Shown: positions 8,512 through 19,357, counted from the first letter of the stretch. The stretch is 64,000 nucleotides of DNA from Burkholderiales bacterium (GCA_043753585.1 JAYUWL010000302.1:133-64132); one strand, 5' to 3'. Numbers and translations: made by a program. The notes: generated by a model not told the origin, from the sequence alone.

Positions 8512-11301
8512 TTACTGTGGATTTGATGGCGCTGAATTGCCGCCCGTTTCCACCATTTGCATTGGCTCTGCGGCGACCGCAGCGCGCGGAGGACGTGCGC
8601 GACCACGCTTGACGGGCTCATCCGTCACGAGCTGCGCCGGAGCACCGTTGGCTTTGGTTTCCATCATCTGTAAACCAGCGTCGGTTGGCAACGTGTAGCT
8701 GAACGCTTTCACAGGCTCACGCTTGACCTCAGGTGCCGCAACGACCGGTGCTGGAGCAGGCGCAGGCGACGGAGCAGGTGCTACGTAAGCCGGAGCCGGC
8801 TGCGTTACAGGCGCGGACATTTCCGGTGCACTGGCAGCGGCCGCTGCAGCCGAAGATTCACCATCGCTGTGATCGCGACGGCCTTCTCCGTTTTGATCAG
8901 GCGCAGCGCCGCGATCAGGGCGGCCTTCGCGGTCGCCACGATCACGACGGCGTGAACCACGCTCATTGCGTGGCGGCCGATCCGTACGCTCTTGATGTAC
9001 TGCGGCTGCGTTGGCATCGCTTCCTTCCCCCGAAATCGCAGCGACCACCGGGGCGGTCACGTCGTTCAGTGGCAATTCGCCGTTGACGGGGGCGTTATTG
9101 TCGCGCGGTGCACGGTCGCTGCGTTCACGACGTGGGCCACGCTCGCTGCGATCGGCGCGCGGCTCTCTTGGTTCGCGTTGCTCACGGGGCTCACGCGGTT
9201 CACGCTGCGGTTTGCTGGCTTCGATGTTGGCGACGTTGGCATTGAGCGTGTCGACCGCGGTTGAACCTGCAGCTTTCGGATCGCGTTGTTGACGATCTGA
9301 CTGGCCCTGCCCTTGAGCTTTGCGGTCACCACGATCATTACGGTCGTTGCGACCGCCTTTTGCCTCGCTGCCACGATCATTGCGATCCTTGTTGCGATCG
9401 CCGCGGCTGCTTCGGTCATTGCGGTCGTTACGATCGCTGCTACCTTCGCCACGGCTGCGGCGACCGTTACGGTCCCCACGGTCATTGCGATCACGGCCAC
9501 CGTCACGCTTTGGTTCTTGTTTCGGCTCCGCAGCTTTAGCGGGTTCAGTTACCAACTCAGTAGCAGATGAATTCCCACCAAACAACGACTTGAAGCTTGC
9601 CCAGAAGCCAGTCTTTTGTGCGGGCGGTGGAGGCGTGATGGCAACTCGTGCGGCAGGAGCAACAACAGCCCTCGGCTCAACCATCGGCGCCGACTGCGCT
9701 GGCGTAATGCCCTTGACGACGGCTTCAACACGAACTTCATTGGCCTCTTGTTTGATCGCCTCGACCACATCAACTTCAGCTGGACGTTCGACCATTTTGA
9801 AGCTGAGCGGCAACGGTTCTGCATGATTCAATTCGTCATGCTTCAAACGCTGAACGGTGTAGTTCGGCGTCTCCATGTACAGATTCGGGATCAGTACGAC
9901 GTTGACTTTAAGGCGCGATTCAAGCGATTGCAGATCGGCGCGTTTTTCGTTCAACAGGTAGGTTGCAACATCGACAGGAACTTGAGCGACGACTTGCGCG
10001 CTGTTGTCCTTCATCGCTTCTTCCTGAATGATGCGCAAAATGTGCAGCGCGATCGATTCAGTTGAGCGAATGTGGCCAGTGCCATGACAACGTGGGCAAG
10101 GCAGATGTGCGCTCTCGCCAAGTGAAGGCTTCAGGCGCTGGCGAGACAGCTCCATCAATCCGAAGCGCGAAATCTTGCCGAGCTGAACGCGGGCGCGATC
10201 AAGCTTCATCGAATCGCGCAGTTTGTCTTCAACTTCGCGTTGATGCTTCGACGACTCCATGTCGATGAAGTCGACAACAATCAAGCCGCCGAGGTCGCGC
10301 AAGCGCAACTGGCGGGCGACTTCATCGGCCGCTTCCATGTTGGTGTTGAACGCAGTGGTTTCGATGTCGCCGCCTTTGGTTGCGCGCGCCGAGTTGACGT
10401 CGACCGAAACCAACGCTTCGGTGTGATCGATCACGATGGCCCCGCCAGACGGCAGGTTCACCGTGCGGCCAAATGCGGACTCGATCTGATGCTCAATCTG
10501 GAAGCGTGAGAACAACGGCACGTCGTCGTTGTAGAGCTTGACGCGATTGACCGTGCCCGGCATCACGTGGCCCATGAAGCCTTTGGCCTGCTCGTAGATG
10601 TCTTCAGTGTCGATCAGGATCTCGCCGATGTCGGCCGTGTAGTAATCACGAATTGCGCGGATTACCAGGCTCGATTCCTGATAAATCAGAAGTGGGGCTT
10701 TATTTGCTTTGGCCGCTCCATCAATCGCGGTCCACAGTTGCAGCAGGTAGTTCAAGTCCCACTGCAACTCTTCCGCCGTGCGGCCGATACCGGCGGTACG
10801 CGCGATGGTGCTCATGCCGTTCGGCACTTCAAGTTGTGCCATGGTGTCGCGCAGTTCGTTACGGTCTTCCCCTTCGATACGACGTGAGACGCCACCGCCG
10901 CGAGGATTGTTCGGCATCAAAACGAGGTAGCGGCCGGCGAGCGAGATGAAACTGGTGAGCGCTGCGCCCTTGTTACCGCGTTCGTCTTTTTCGACCTGAA
11001 CGATGATTTCCTGTCCGACGCGCAGATTGTCCGCAATTTTGTTGCGGTTCATCTCGCCATCAATGTTTAACACTGATCGCGAAATTTCCTTGAACGGCAG
11101 GAAGCCGTTGCGCTCAATACCGTAGTCGACGAAACAAGCCTCAAGCGAGGGCTCGACACGGGTGACCGTAGCCTTGTAAATATTACTTTTGCGCTGCTCT
11201 TTCGAGGCAGACTCGATGTCGAGATCAACTAATTTTTGACCGTCAACAATGGCAACGCGCAGTTCTTCGGACTGGGTTGCGTTAAATAGCATGCGTTTCA
11301 T
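8512..11301 (-). CDS. rne: Ribonuclease E
   Basis: MKRMLFNATQSEELRVAIVDGQ, S1 and catalytic domains, CPRC Zn-link, Arg-rich disordered C-terminal half. Confidence 0.98.
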   Translation of the reverse strand: MKRMLFNATQSEELRVAIVDGQKLVDLDIESASKEQRKSNIYKATVTRVEPSLEACFVDYGIERNGFLPFKEISRSVLNIDGEMNRNKIADNLRVGQEIIVQVEKDERGNKGAALTSFISLAGRYLVLMPNNPRGGGVSRRIEGEDRNELRDTMAQLEVPNGMSTIARTAGIGRTAEELQWDLNYLLQLWTAIDGAAKANKAPLLIYQESSLVIRAIRDYYTADIGEILIDTEDIYEQAKGFMGHVMPGTVNRVKLYNDDVPLFSRFQIEHQIESAFGRTVNLPSGGAIVIDHTEALVSVDVNSARATKGGDIETTAFNTNMEAADEVARQLRLRDLGGLIVVDFIDMESSKHQREVEDKLRDSMKLDRARVQLGKISRFGLMELSRQRLKPSLGESAHLPCPRCHGTGHIRSTESIALHILRIIQEEAMKDNSAQVVAQVPVDVATYLLNEKRADLQSLESRLKVNVVLIPNLYMETPNYTVQRLKHDELNHAEPLPLSFKMVERPAEVDVVEAIKQEANEVRVEAVVKGITPAQSAPMVEPRAVVAPAARVAITPPPPAQKTGFWASFKSLFGGNSSATELVTEPAKAAEPKQEPKRDGGRDRNDRGDRNGRRSRGEGSSDRNDRNDRSSRGDRNKDRNDRGSEAKGGRNDRNDRGDRKAQGQGQSDRQQRDPKAAGSTAVDTLNANVANIEASKPQREPREPREQREPREPRADRSERGPRRERSDRAPRDNNAPVNGELPLNDVTAPVVAAISGEGSDANAAAVHQERTDRPPRNERGSRRRDRGDREGRPDRGAAPDQNGEGRRDHSDGESSAAAAAASAPEMSAPVTQPAPAYVAPAPSPAPAPAPVVAAPEVKREPVKAFSYTLPTDAGLQMMETKANGAPAQLVTDEPVKRGRARPPRAAVAAEPMQMVETGGNSAPSNPQ

Positions 11302-11918
11302 GCGTACCTTCCTTGTCCAGCTTTTCGGGCAGGGCAGTCGTTACGCGATGGCCTGTTGTGACGCAATGAAAATGCGCCGCTGTTGTCTCAAGGACTTCAG
11401 CAGCGTTGGATGCGCGTATTTGAGGCGAAAAACGTCAGTGAGGGAATCGGCAGAAGACCAAGCGACGCCTCTGCTGGCCAGACGTGTATTGCCTGGGAGA
11501 GAGTGTTTTGGCCGGTTCGTCCGCTGATTGTTTTCGCGGCCGAACCAAAAGCGCTGGTGCGCGGATTCATTGACAATTATTTTTCGGATGGGCCCGCCGC
11601 GATTTGCAACGCACCCCTATCAAACTTTTCACAGGCCAGCGAGCAACAATTTGCAATGCGCGGTGGCTGAACTCTTACAATCGCCGCTTTTCTCGGTGGC
11701 AGCTTGACCGTGGAACCGCTGGGTGGTGAAGGGTCGGACGGACAGTTCAGAAATTCGTGGACGGGATCTATTAATCACGTCGACTCAGGAAACTTTGTTG
11801 ATATTCGGTTGCGATCATCAAAAAAGCACCAAACTGCTCGTACGATCTACAAGTGGACCGCTTGGTTCAAAATGCCGAACTTCCTTCGAAGCCAGACAAC
11901 GATTGAATTATAAGGCAA

Positions 11919-12950
11919 ATGAAGGACTTAGCTCACATTTCTACTCCGTTTTCTTTGCCTCGCGCCGGCACAGGCACGACCCTCGGCCCGGGAGTAACTG
12001 CACCGTCGGCCTCATCGCCGAACGCCGGAGCACAGGTGCGCCATGTGCGCGTATCGGAGGCTTACGCTGGCCAGCGGTTGGATAACTTCCTCATTCGGGA
12101 GTTGAAAGGCGTGCCGAAAACACATGTGTACCGCATTGTTCGCTCTGGCGAAGTGCGGGTGAATGGTGGACGGGCGAAAGCTGAGACGAAGCTGGTCGCG
12201 GGCGACAAGTTGCGCATTCCGCCAGTTCGAGTCGCTGCGGAGCCTGAATACAAGCAGCTTACCGGGGGTTTTCCACACGAGATCATCTGGGAGGATGATC
12301 ATCTGATCGCGGTGAATAAGCTTGCCGGCGTTGCGGTTCACGGCGGTTCGGGCGTAAGTTTTGGCGTGATTGAGCAGATTCGGATGTCGCGACCTCACGC
12401 GCCGCTACTGGAGCTGGTGCATCGACTGGATCGCGACACGTCCGGCGTTCTGTTGATCGCGAAGACGCGCGCTGCCCTGATTGGCATGCACGATACTTTG
12501 CGTGAAAAGACTGGTGATAAGCGCTATATGGCGGCAGTTAAAGGCGAATGGATGAATGATCGCCAGCATGTCAAAGCGCCGCTAGCCAAGTACACTCAGC
12601 CGAATGGCGAGCGCCGGGTTGAGGTCAACTCGGAGGAAGGGCAGTTTGCCCACACCATTTTTAATCTCGTTGAGCGGCGGGCCGACATGAGCTTGCTTGA
12701 AGCGGAACTCAAAACGGGTCGTACCCACCAGATCCGCGTTCACCTCTCACATTGCGGTTTTCCGATTGCGGGTGATGACAAATACGGTGACAACGCATGG
12801 AACAAGGCGCTGCGCGCTTCTGGCTTTAAACGCATGTTTTTGCACGCCAAGTCATTCACTTTCGAGCATCCGGTAACCAATGAATCGGTCACCGTTGAAG
12901 CGCTGTTGCCGCGCGAATTAGCAGAGTTTTGGTATGGTGCACCCGCATGA
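11919..12950 (+). CDS. rluC: 23S rRNA pseudouridine synthase RluC
   Basis: S4 domain GQRLDNFL, HRLDRDTSG, GRTHQIRVH; divergent from rne. Confidence 0.93.
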   Translation: MKDLAHISTPFSLPRAGTGTTLGPGVTAPSASSPNAGAQVRHVRVSEAYAGQRLDNFLIRELKGVPKTHVYRIVRSGEVRVNGGRAKAETKLVAGDKLRIPPVRVAAEPEYKQLTGGFPHEIIWEDDHLIAVNKLAGVAVHGGSGVSFGVIEQIRMSRPHAPLLELVHRLDRDTSGVLLIAKTRAALIGMHDTLREKTGDKRYMAAVKGEWMNDRQHVKAPLAKYTQPNGERRVEVNSEEGQFAHTIFNLVERRADMSLLEAELKTGRTHQIRVHLSHCGFPIAGDDKYGDNAWNKALRASGFKRMFLHAKSFTFEHPVTNESVTVEALLPRELAEFWYGAPA

Positions 12951-13606
12951 GCAACAAAAACTATCCCTTTATCGTATTCGACTGGGACGGCACTTTGGCC
13001 GATTCCACGAGTGTCATTAAGCGCGCCTTGCAGCGTTCGGCGGAGGATCTCGGTTATCCGATTCCAACCGACGCGCAGGCCGCATTCATCATTGGTATGG
13101 GTCTGCGACCTGCTCTGGAGCACGCGATCCCGACGCTGCGCGACGCGGACTTGCTGCCACTGACGGATCGTTATCGTCATCACTTCATGGCGGGAGAGAA
13201 CGAGATTTTTCTGTTTGACGGCGTGACCGAAATGCTGGCGGCGCTTAAAGCGCGCGGGCATTGGCTCGCTGTTGCAACCGGAAAGTCCCGCCGAGGGCTC
13301 GATCGTGCGTTTGAGACGCTGGGTTTGCGTGAATTTTTCGTTGCGTCTCGCTGTGGCGATGAGGGCTTCGCAAAACCCCACCCCGGCATGTTGAATGCGC
13401 TTTTCGATGAAACCGGAATGACTGCCGCAGACACCGTCATGATTGGCGACACCACGCACGACCTGCAACTCGCCGAAAATGCAGGCACCGCCGCCATCGG
13501 CGTGACCTACGGTGCACACCACCCAGAGCTTTTGCACGAGCACCGTAAGCTAACACTGGTAGATTCGGTATCTGCGCTGGGCGCGTACCTTGAAGCCAAC
13601 GCATAA
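12947..13606 (+). CDS. HAD-IA family hydrolase
   Basis: FDWDGTL, KPHP, MIGDT motifs; ATGA overlap with rluC. Confidence 0.92.
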   Translation: MSNKNYPFIVFDWDGTLADSTSVIKRALQRSAEDLGYPIPTDAQAAFIIGMGLRPALEHAIPTLRDADLLPLTDRYRHHFMAGENEIFLFDGVTEMLAALKARGHWLAVATGKSRRGLDRAFETLGLREFFVASRCGDEGFAKPHPGMLNALFDETGMTAADTVMIGDTTHDLQLAENAGTAAIGVTYGAHHPELLHEHRKLTLVDSVSALGAYLEANA

Positions 13607-13617
13607 ATATTTAAACG

Positions 13618-14583
13618 ATGGACCCTATGGATCAACTCCCCTCACAACCCGGCTGGGAACGAGAACTCGTCAGCAAGCTGGCGCTCGCGAATTTGCGCGA
13701 ACAGGCAGCCAAACGCCGCTGGTCAGTCTTTTTCAGACTGTTCTGGATAGCGCTAGCAATACTCGTCTTTGCCTGGTTCAACGGCTGGATCGGTCACGGC
13801 CTGTCGGGCAACGAAAGTGTGGGTCGTCACACTGCACTGGTCAAACTCGAAGGCGAGATCTCTGACAACTCCAAAGCAAGCGCCGAGAATATCAATGCCG
13901 CTCTAGACGCGGCTTTCAGAGACCCGGATAGTGTGGCGGTGGTGCTAAATATCAATAGCCCGGGCGGATCACCAGTTCAATCGGCACGCATTTACAACGA
14001 GATCAAGCGCCAGCGTAAAGATCATCCGGACAAGCCTCTGTACGTGGTGGTGGATGAGTTGTGCGCCTCAGGTGGCTATTTTGTCGCGGCCGCAGCAGAC
14101 AAGATCTTCGTTGATCCTTCAAGCCTCGTTGGCTCCATTGGCGTGATCTATCAGGGCTTTGGCGCCGACAAAGCGATGGAGAAACTCGGTCTTGAAAATC
14201 GTACCGTCACGGCTGGCGAGAACAAGTCGTTCATGGATCCGTTTGCGCCTATGAAGCCAGACCACAAAGCGCACCTTGAAGGTATCCTTGCTGACGTGCA
14301 CCAGCAGTTCATCAAGGCGGTTAAAGAGGGCCGTGGAAGTCGCCTGAAAGAAGCGACGCCAGGCCTGTTCAGTGGTCTTATCTGGAGCGGCAATAAAGCC
14401 ATCGACCTTGGGCTGGTTGATGGGGCTGGCTCAGTCGACAGCGTTGCGCGCGATGTTGTAAAAGCTGAAGATTTGGTCGACTACACGATTGAAGAGAACA
14501 CTTTCGACAAATTCGCACGTCGCATCGGTGCCAGCTTTGGCGCTGGTGTGATGCAGGCAGTTAACAAGTCAAGCTGGAAGTAA
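13618..14583 (+). CDS. sppA: S49 family signal-peptide peptidase
   Basis: NSPGGS, CASGGY, VGSIGV; N-terminal TM helix. Confidence 0.9.
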   Translation: MDPMDQLPSQPGWERELVSKLALANLREQAAKRRWSVFFRLFWIALAILVFAWFNGWIGHGLSGNESVGRHTALVKLEGEISDNSKASAENINAALDAAFRDPDSVAVVLNINSPGGSPVQSARIYNEIKRQRKDHPDKPLYVVVDELCASGGYFVAAAADKIFVDPSSLVGSIGVIYQGFGADKAMEKLGLENRTVTAGENKSFMDPFAPMKPDHKAHLEGILADVHQQFIKAVKEGRGSRLKEATPGLFSGLIWSGNKAIDLGLVDGAGSVDSVARDVVKAEDLVDYTIEENTFDKFARRIGASFGAGVMQAVNKSSWK

Positions 14584-14652
14584 TGCGACTATAGACACGG
14601 TGTCGACCGCGAAATGTGTGGAAATGCAGGGCGCCGGTAGCCATCGTAGTTG

Positions 14653-15171
14653 TTACAGCGCGCCAATAGCGAGCCCCTCGGCAAACAATTGTCCGAGTTC
14701 GCGACACGCGGCCAAATCTGTCTCCAGCAACACTCCGCGAGACGAGCCCGCTTCGCCGCCGACCCGGCGCACGATCACGCCTGGGTGCACCTTGCGCATG
14801 CGCCAGCCGGTGATGATTCGATCAACGCTCTGCATCGCCCCACGGCCGTCGCTGCCTGCGCACACCAATACCGAGTAAGGTCGGCCAGCCAGCAAGCTTG
14901 CGTTGCCACCGCCTTCATGCGTGATGTCAGACATGCAGGCGTAAAAGGTGCGGTCAAAAAAGTCCTTGATGGAGCCGGCCATGTAGCCGAAAGTCTCCGG
15001 CGTCGCAATGATGAGTCCGTTCGCCTGTTGCAGGTCACGCGCGGTGGCTGTTGCTGCCGACCGCGTCAGTACGCTGAGACCTTCGGTGGCACCTGCGCCC
15101 TCCGAAAACGCGCTAACCAGCGCGCGCGTCCCGCCGCTGGCTGAGTGATGAACAACAAGTATTTTTTTCAT
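14653..15171 (-). CDS. Flavodoxin family protein
   Basis: HSASGGT FMN loop, TPETFGYMAGSIKDFFDR. Confidence 0.88.
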   Translation of the reverse strand: MKKILVVHHSASGGTRALVSAFSEGAGATEGLSVLTRSAATATARDLQQANGLIIATPETFGYMAGSIKDFFDRTFYACMSDITHEGGGNASLLAGRPYSVLVCAGSDGRGAMQSVDRIITGWRMRKVHPGVIVRRVGGEAGSSRGVLLETDLAACRELGQLFAEGLAIGAL

Positions 15172-15236
15172 CAGCCGGAATAAAAAAATGGGCTACCGAA
15201 ATAACCCATTGTTGATTACAAGCGTTGGCAAACCAA

Positions 15237-16980
15237 TCAGGGATCGAGCAGCGATACCAAAGCCGTTGACGTTCCGCCCCTGCCATCGCTGATGGTGTAG
15301 GTGAAGCTGTCGTACATAAAGCAACGAGTTCCGGGCGTGTAGTTGAGTGACTTTCCGTCCGCCGCAATCGCGATGCTAGCCAAGCCGGGTTGAGTAATCG
15401 AAGTGATGGTCAGCGGATCGCCGTCCTTGTCGCTGTCGTTAGCAAGCACATTAAGCACCGCGCCACTGGAGCAGGGCACTGTGAAAAAGTCATTGACGGC
15501 CACCGGCGGCGTGTTGTTAGCGACCACCGCGGCTTTCACCGTAACTGCGACTGCGGCCGTGGCGAAACCACCCCTGCCATCAGCAATGGTGTAGCGGAAG
15601 CTGTCCGTGGCGCCTCCACAGGTGTTGGCTGCTGGGGTGTAGACGACACGACCCGCAGAAATTGACGCGGTGCCTTTGCCCGGCGCGGTTAGGCTGGTGA
15701 TCGTCAGAACGTCATTGTCAGCATCGGAGTCGTTTAGCAGTACGTTGAAAATTGACGACGTATTGCACTCCACTGCGTAGCCATCATCGACCGCAACCGG
15801 CGGCGTGTTGGCGACAACAGCCGCTTTCACCGTAACGGCGACCGAGGCCGTTGCGGTGCCGCCCTTGCCGTCAGTGATGGTGTAGTTGAAGCTGTCCGTG
15901 GCACCACCGCAGGTATTGGCTGCGGGGGTATAGACGACACGACCTGCAGAAATTGACGTGGTGCCTTTGCCCGGCGCGGTTACGCTGGTGATCGTCAGTC
16001 GGTCATTATCAGCATCCGAGTCATTTAAAAGCACGTCGAAGGTGGCCGGCGCATTGCAATCAATCGTGTACGCGTCGTTCACTGCTACTGGCGGCGTGTT
16101 GACTGCGACTAGTGCCGGTTTCACCGTAACGGAGACCGAGGCCGTGGCGATGCCGCCCTTGCCGTCAGCGATGGTGTAGCGGAAGCTGTCCGTCGCGCCG
16201 CCGCAGGTGTTGGCTGCTGGAATGTAGACGACACGACCCGCAGAAATAGACGCGGTGCCTTTGCCCGGCGCGGTTACGCTGGTAATAGTCAGGGCGTCAT
16301 TATCAGCATCGGAGTCATTCAGCAGCACGTTGAACGTCGACGGCGCATTGCACTCGACTGTATAGCCATCGTCGACCGCCACCGGTGGCGTGTTGACGGC
16401 AACTGCCGCCGCTTTAACGGTAATAGCGACTGAGGCGGTGGCAGTGCCGCCCTTGCCGTCCGCAATGGTGTAGCTGAAGCTGTCCGTGGCACCGCCGCAG
16501 GTGTTTGCAGCCGGGGTGTAAACGACGCGCCCCGCCGAAACCAACGCGCTGCCCCTGCCCGGTGTCGTGACGCTGGCAAGGGTTAGCGTATCGTTATCGG
16601 GATCAGAATCGTTTGCCAACACGTTAAACGTTGATGGCGCGTTGCACTCTACAGTGTAGGCGTCGTTCACGGCAACTGGCGGCTTGTTGACTGGTGGTGC
16701 CGCATTAATTGTCACCGCGACGGTAGCGGTCGCGGTACCGCCCTTGCCATCAGCGATGGTGTAGGTAAAGGAATCAACCGCACCCGCGCAAGAACTGGCC
16801 GCGGGCGTGTAAACGACGCGACCCGGGGAAATGGAGGCAGTGCCTTTGCCAGGGGCGGAGACGCTGGTGATTAACAATATGTCGTTGTCAAGATCAGAAT
16901 CGTTCACCAGAACGTTAAAGGTAGCCGGGGTGTTGCATTCGATGGTGTAGGCGTCGTTCACGGCGACCGGCGGCCGATTG
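15237..16980 (-). repeat. Six tandem ~290-bp coding repeats (Ig/cadherin-like)
   Basis: Near-identical ~96-99 aa units visible at DNA level. Confidence 0.9.
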
Positions 16981-18581
16981 ATGTAGCGGCGCGCGCCGGT
17001 AACGGATGCAGCACTTGATTCGGCCCAGCGATAGGAGTCAACGGTTGCCTTGTGCTGTGCAGTGTTGTGCAAGGCGCGCGAGATCCAGTTGTTCGTTACT
17101 GTGTCGACGACCTCGCGTTGCACCGGGCGCTCGATCATTGGTGCAACGGCGGGTGCCGCGCCATTCGCGACCGGGCTCGCCCCCGGTGCCGCAACCGGTG
17201 CCGCAACCGGTACTGCTGCCCCAGGAACCGTCACCTTAACGTCCTCAGCTTTTTCCTTCACGATTACCACGTCGGTATCAGCGCGCCGATTTCTGAAGCT
17301 CTGCCCTTTGACCTCCGGATACTTCGGTGAGCGTCCCGCCTCGCCGCTGGTGGCGACCAGCTCAGGCGGCACGCCTTTGCCGATCAGATACGCTTTAACC
17401 GCGTCTGCACGCTTGATTGAAAGCGCCGAATTGTTGCGGTCAGAGCCGGTAGGGCAAGTGTGACCTACGACATTTACTTTGAGGTTGACGTAGGGCTGTT
17501 GCTCTGCGATGCGGCTGACCAACCCATCGAGTTCCTTTTTAGCTGCGGGCTTCAGGATCGACGAGCCGAGGTCGAAATAGGTTTCCTGTGCATCTCTGTT
17601 GCTGGAATTGACTATCCGTCTCTCGATAGGGGTAGTCGGCTCAGCCGCCTTGGCCGTAGTCGGGGCAGCAGCGCCAGCGATTGCAGGCGCGACAGCAGCG
17701 GCACTGGCAGATGCACTCCAGTTGGGATCAGGCACGCGCTCCGTAGAGGTCACCATGCGCGTCAGTTTGTTTGACTTGAAGCTGCTATGCGGGGCACCCA
17801 GTTCGTAGCGGATCATGAGGAGGCCACGCTGATCGTTGCGGCGTCCTTCGAAGTCTCCGCTACGGCGGAAGAGTTCTCCGGTGAGCGCTACAGAAATCGG
17901 CGAGCCTGCGAAAAATTTCTCTGCGGTGAGTGTCCCCGTCCACTGGCGACTGGAAAACTTGCCCCATTCGTAGTCAAGACCGGCGGTGATCCGTACTAAT
18001 GCCGCTTCGTAGAACTGTCCAGCGCGTGCTCCGACACCCCAGTCGTACGGACGGGAGAAGGACTTGGTGGTTATAGTGGTGGTAACGTCCTCCTCATAAG
18101 AACGACCAGCGTCTGTGCCGGACTGCGTGACCTTTGTGGCCACGCTCGAAATGGCTCCCAGCCGCGCACCCGACAGGCCCTTGCTCAGGTAAGTATCCCA
18201 GAACCAGTTCTCATATTCCTGGCCGCCGCCCAACGTGGCCTTGCGCAAATCCTTGTCGCCCTGATCAAACGCAGCAAACGCTTTGTTGACGGCTGAGGTG
18301 CCACTCACCCAATGTTGTGAGAGCTTCGCACCTCCCGCATTGCGACTCGCCCAAACCTCACCCAAAGTGGCCGACGAACCATCGCTGCGAAACACCTGAA
18401 ACAACTCGCCACGTGCGTTGCGATCACTGTCGATGCCAATTCCCAGACGGGTGTCGGCGCCGACGTACTGCAGGTTGGCACCCGGAACCGGTTTGCTGGG
18501 GTCCTGCGCAAACGCAGGCGCGACGATGGATGCTCCACCGAGCAAAATCGCCAGTGCGGCGTTGGAAGGTTTTTGTTTCAT
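15237..18581 (-). CDS. Large outer-membrane protein: probable beta-barrel, OmpA-like domain and six cadherin/Ig-like repeats
   Basis: Signal peptide ending AFA; aromatic amphipathic strands; VGHTC..N..LS..RA..V...L...NRR; six N.PPVAV.D..VL.NDSD.D.D..DSF.YTI.DG.GG units. Confidence 0.88.
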   Translation of the reverse strand: MKQKPSNAALAILLGGASIVAPAFAQDPSKPVPGANLQYVGADTRLGIGIDSDRNARGELFQVFRSDGSSATLGEVWASRNAGGAKLSQHWVSGTSAVNKAFAAFDQGDKDLRKATLGGGQEYENWFWDTYLSKGLSGARLGAISSVATKVTQSGTDAGRSYEEDVTTTITTKSFSRPYDWGVGARAGQFYEAALVRITAGLDYEWGKFSSRQWTGTLTAEKFFAGSPISVALTGELFRRSGDFEGRRNDQRGLLMIRYELGAPHSSFKSNKLTRMVTSTERVPDPNWSASASAAAVAPAIAGAAAPTTAKAAEPTTPIERRIVNSSNRDAQETYFDLGSSILKPAAKKELDGLVSRIAEQQPYVNLKVNVVGHTCPTGSDRNNSALSIKRADAVKAYLIGKGVPPELVATSGEAGRSPKYPEVKGQSFRNRRADTDVVIVKEKAEDVKVTVPGAAVPVAAPVAAPGASPVANGAAPAVAPMIERPVQREVVDTVTNNWISRALHNTAQHKATVDSYRWAESSAASVTGARRYINRPPVAVNDAYTIECNTPATFNVLVNDSDLDNDILLITSVSAPGKGTASISPGRVVYTPAASSCAGAVDSFTYTIADGKGGTATATVAVTINAAPPVNKPPVAVNDAYTVECNAPSTFNVLANDSDPDNDTLTLASVTTPGRGSALVSAGRVVYTPAANTCGGATDSFSYTIADGKGGTATASVAITVKAAAVAVNTPPVAVDDGYTVECNAPSTFNVLLNDSDADNDALTITSVTAPGKGTASISAGRVVYIPAANTCGGATDSFRYTIADGKGGIATASVSVTVKPALVAVNTPPVAVNDAYTIDCNAPATFDVLLNDSDADNDRLTITSVTAPGKGTTSISAGRVVYTPAANTCGGATDSFNYTITDGKGGTATASVAVTVKAAVVANTPPVAVDDGYAVECNTSSIFNVLLNDSDADNDVLTITSLTAPGKGTASISAGRVVYTPAANTCGGATDSFRYTIADGRGGFATAAVAVTVKAAVVANNTPPVAVNDFFTVPCSSGAVLNVLANDSDKDGDPLTITSITQPGLASIAIAADGKSLNYTPGTRCFMYDSFTYTISDGRGGTSTALVSLLDP

Positions 18582-18664
18582 GGGTCCCCCGGTAAATTTA
18601 AATGCTGCCAACTTGCAAAAGTCTAGCAAAGTGCGAGCGAAAAAACGACAAAAACCCCGTGAAA

Positions 18665-19357
18665 TCAGGGCAGTAGCGCAAGTAGCGTATCTAATCCACC
18701 AACGTTGATCGCTACACGCACCTGTTCGCGCACACGGGGTTTGGCGTGATAGGCAACGCCCAGCGTTGCGGCCTTCAGCATCGGCAGGTCATTGGCGCCG
18801 TCGCCCACAGCAATAGTCGCGTTACGCGAGGACGACAAAGTGGACGCTAAAAATCGCAATATCCGCTCTTTTTCGGTAGCGTCAACAATCGCGCCGCACA
18901 CTTTGCCAGTCAGTCGACCGTCGCGCTCTTCGAGCGTGTTGGCGCGGGTGTAGGTGAAGCCGAAACGTTGTCGCATACGCTCCGTGAAGTAGGTAAAACC
19001 ACCAGACACGAGTAATGTCATGACATCGTTTTTATCGGCTTCAATCATCAGCTCTTTCAGGCCCGGCGACGGTCGTAGGCGAGCTTCATAGACCTCCTCG
19101 AGTACCCTGGTCGATAGCCCTTCAAGGCACGCCACGCGCTGCCTCAGGCTGTCCTGAAAATCCAGCTCACCGCGCATTGCGGCCTCCGTCACGTTCGAGA
19201 CCTGGGCCTTAACACCCGCGAAATCTGCGATTTCGTCAATGCATTCGATGGTGATCGCAGTGGAATCCATATCCATCGCGATCAGGCCCACCAATGAAAA
19301 TGGGATCGCGCATTCGAGGGGCAGGCAATTTTGTTCGGCGGTCGAAGGAGAGGTCAT
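18665..19357 (-). CDS. serB: Phosphoserine phosphatase
   Basis: MDMDSTAITIECIDEIA, VGDGANDLPM. Confidence 0.93.
   Translation of the reverse strand: MTSPSTAEQNCLPLECAIPFSLVGLIAMDMDSTAITIECIDEIADFAGVKAQVSNVTEAAMRGELDFQDSLRQRVACLEGLSTRVLEEVYEARLRPSPGLKELMIEADKNDVMTLLVSGGFTYFTERMRQRFGFTYTRANTLEERDGRLTGKVCGAIVDATEKERILRFLASTLSSSRNATIAVGDGANDLPMLKAATLGVAYHAKPRVREQVRVAINVGGLDTLLALLP

Noticed and set aside
9060-9510. Short tandem repeats in rne (RNDR, EPR)
   Set aside because: Expected low-complexity RNase E scaffold; coding, with no CRISPR repeat-spacer structure.
11700-11790. Possible extra 116-bp element in the rne/rluC spacer
   Set aside because: CAGCTT and GTCGAC are present but not at canonical spacing.
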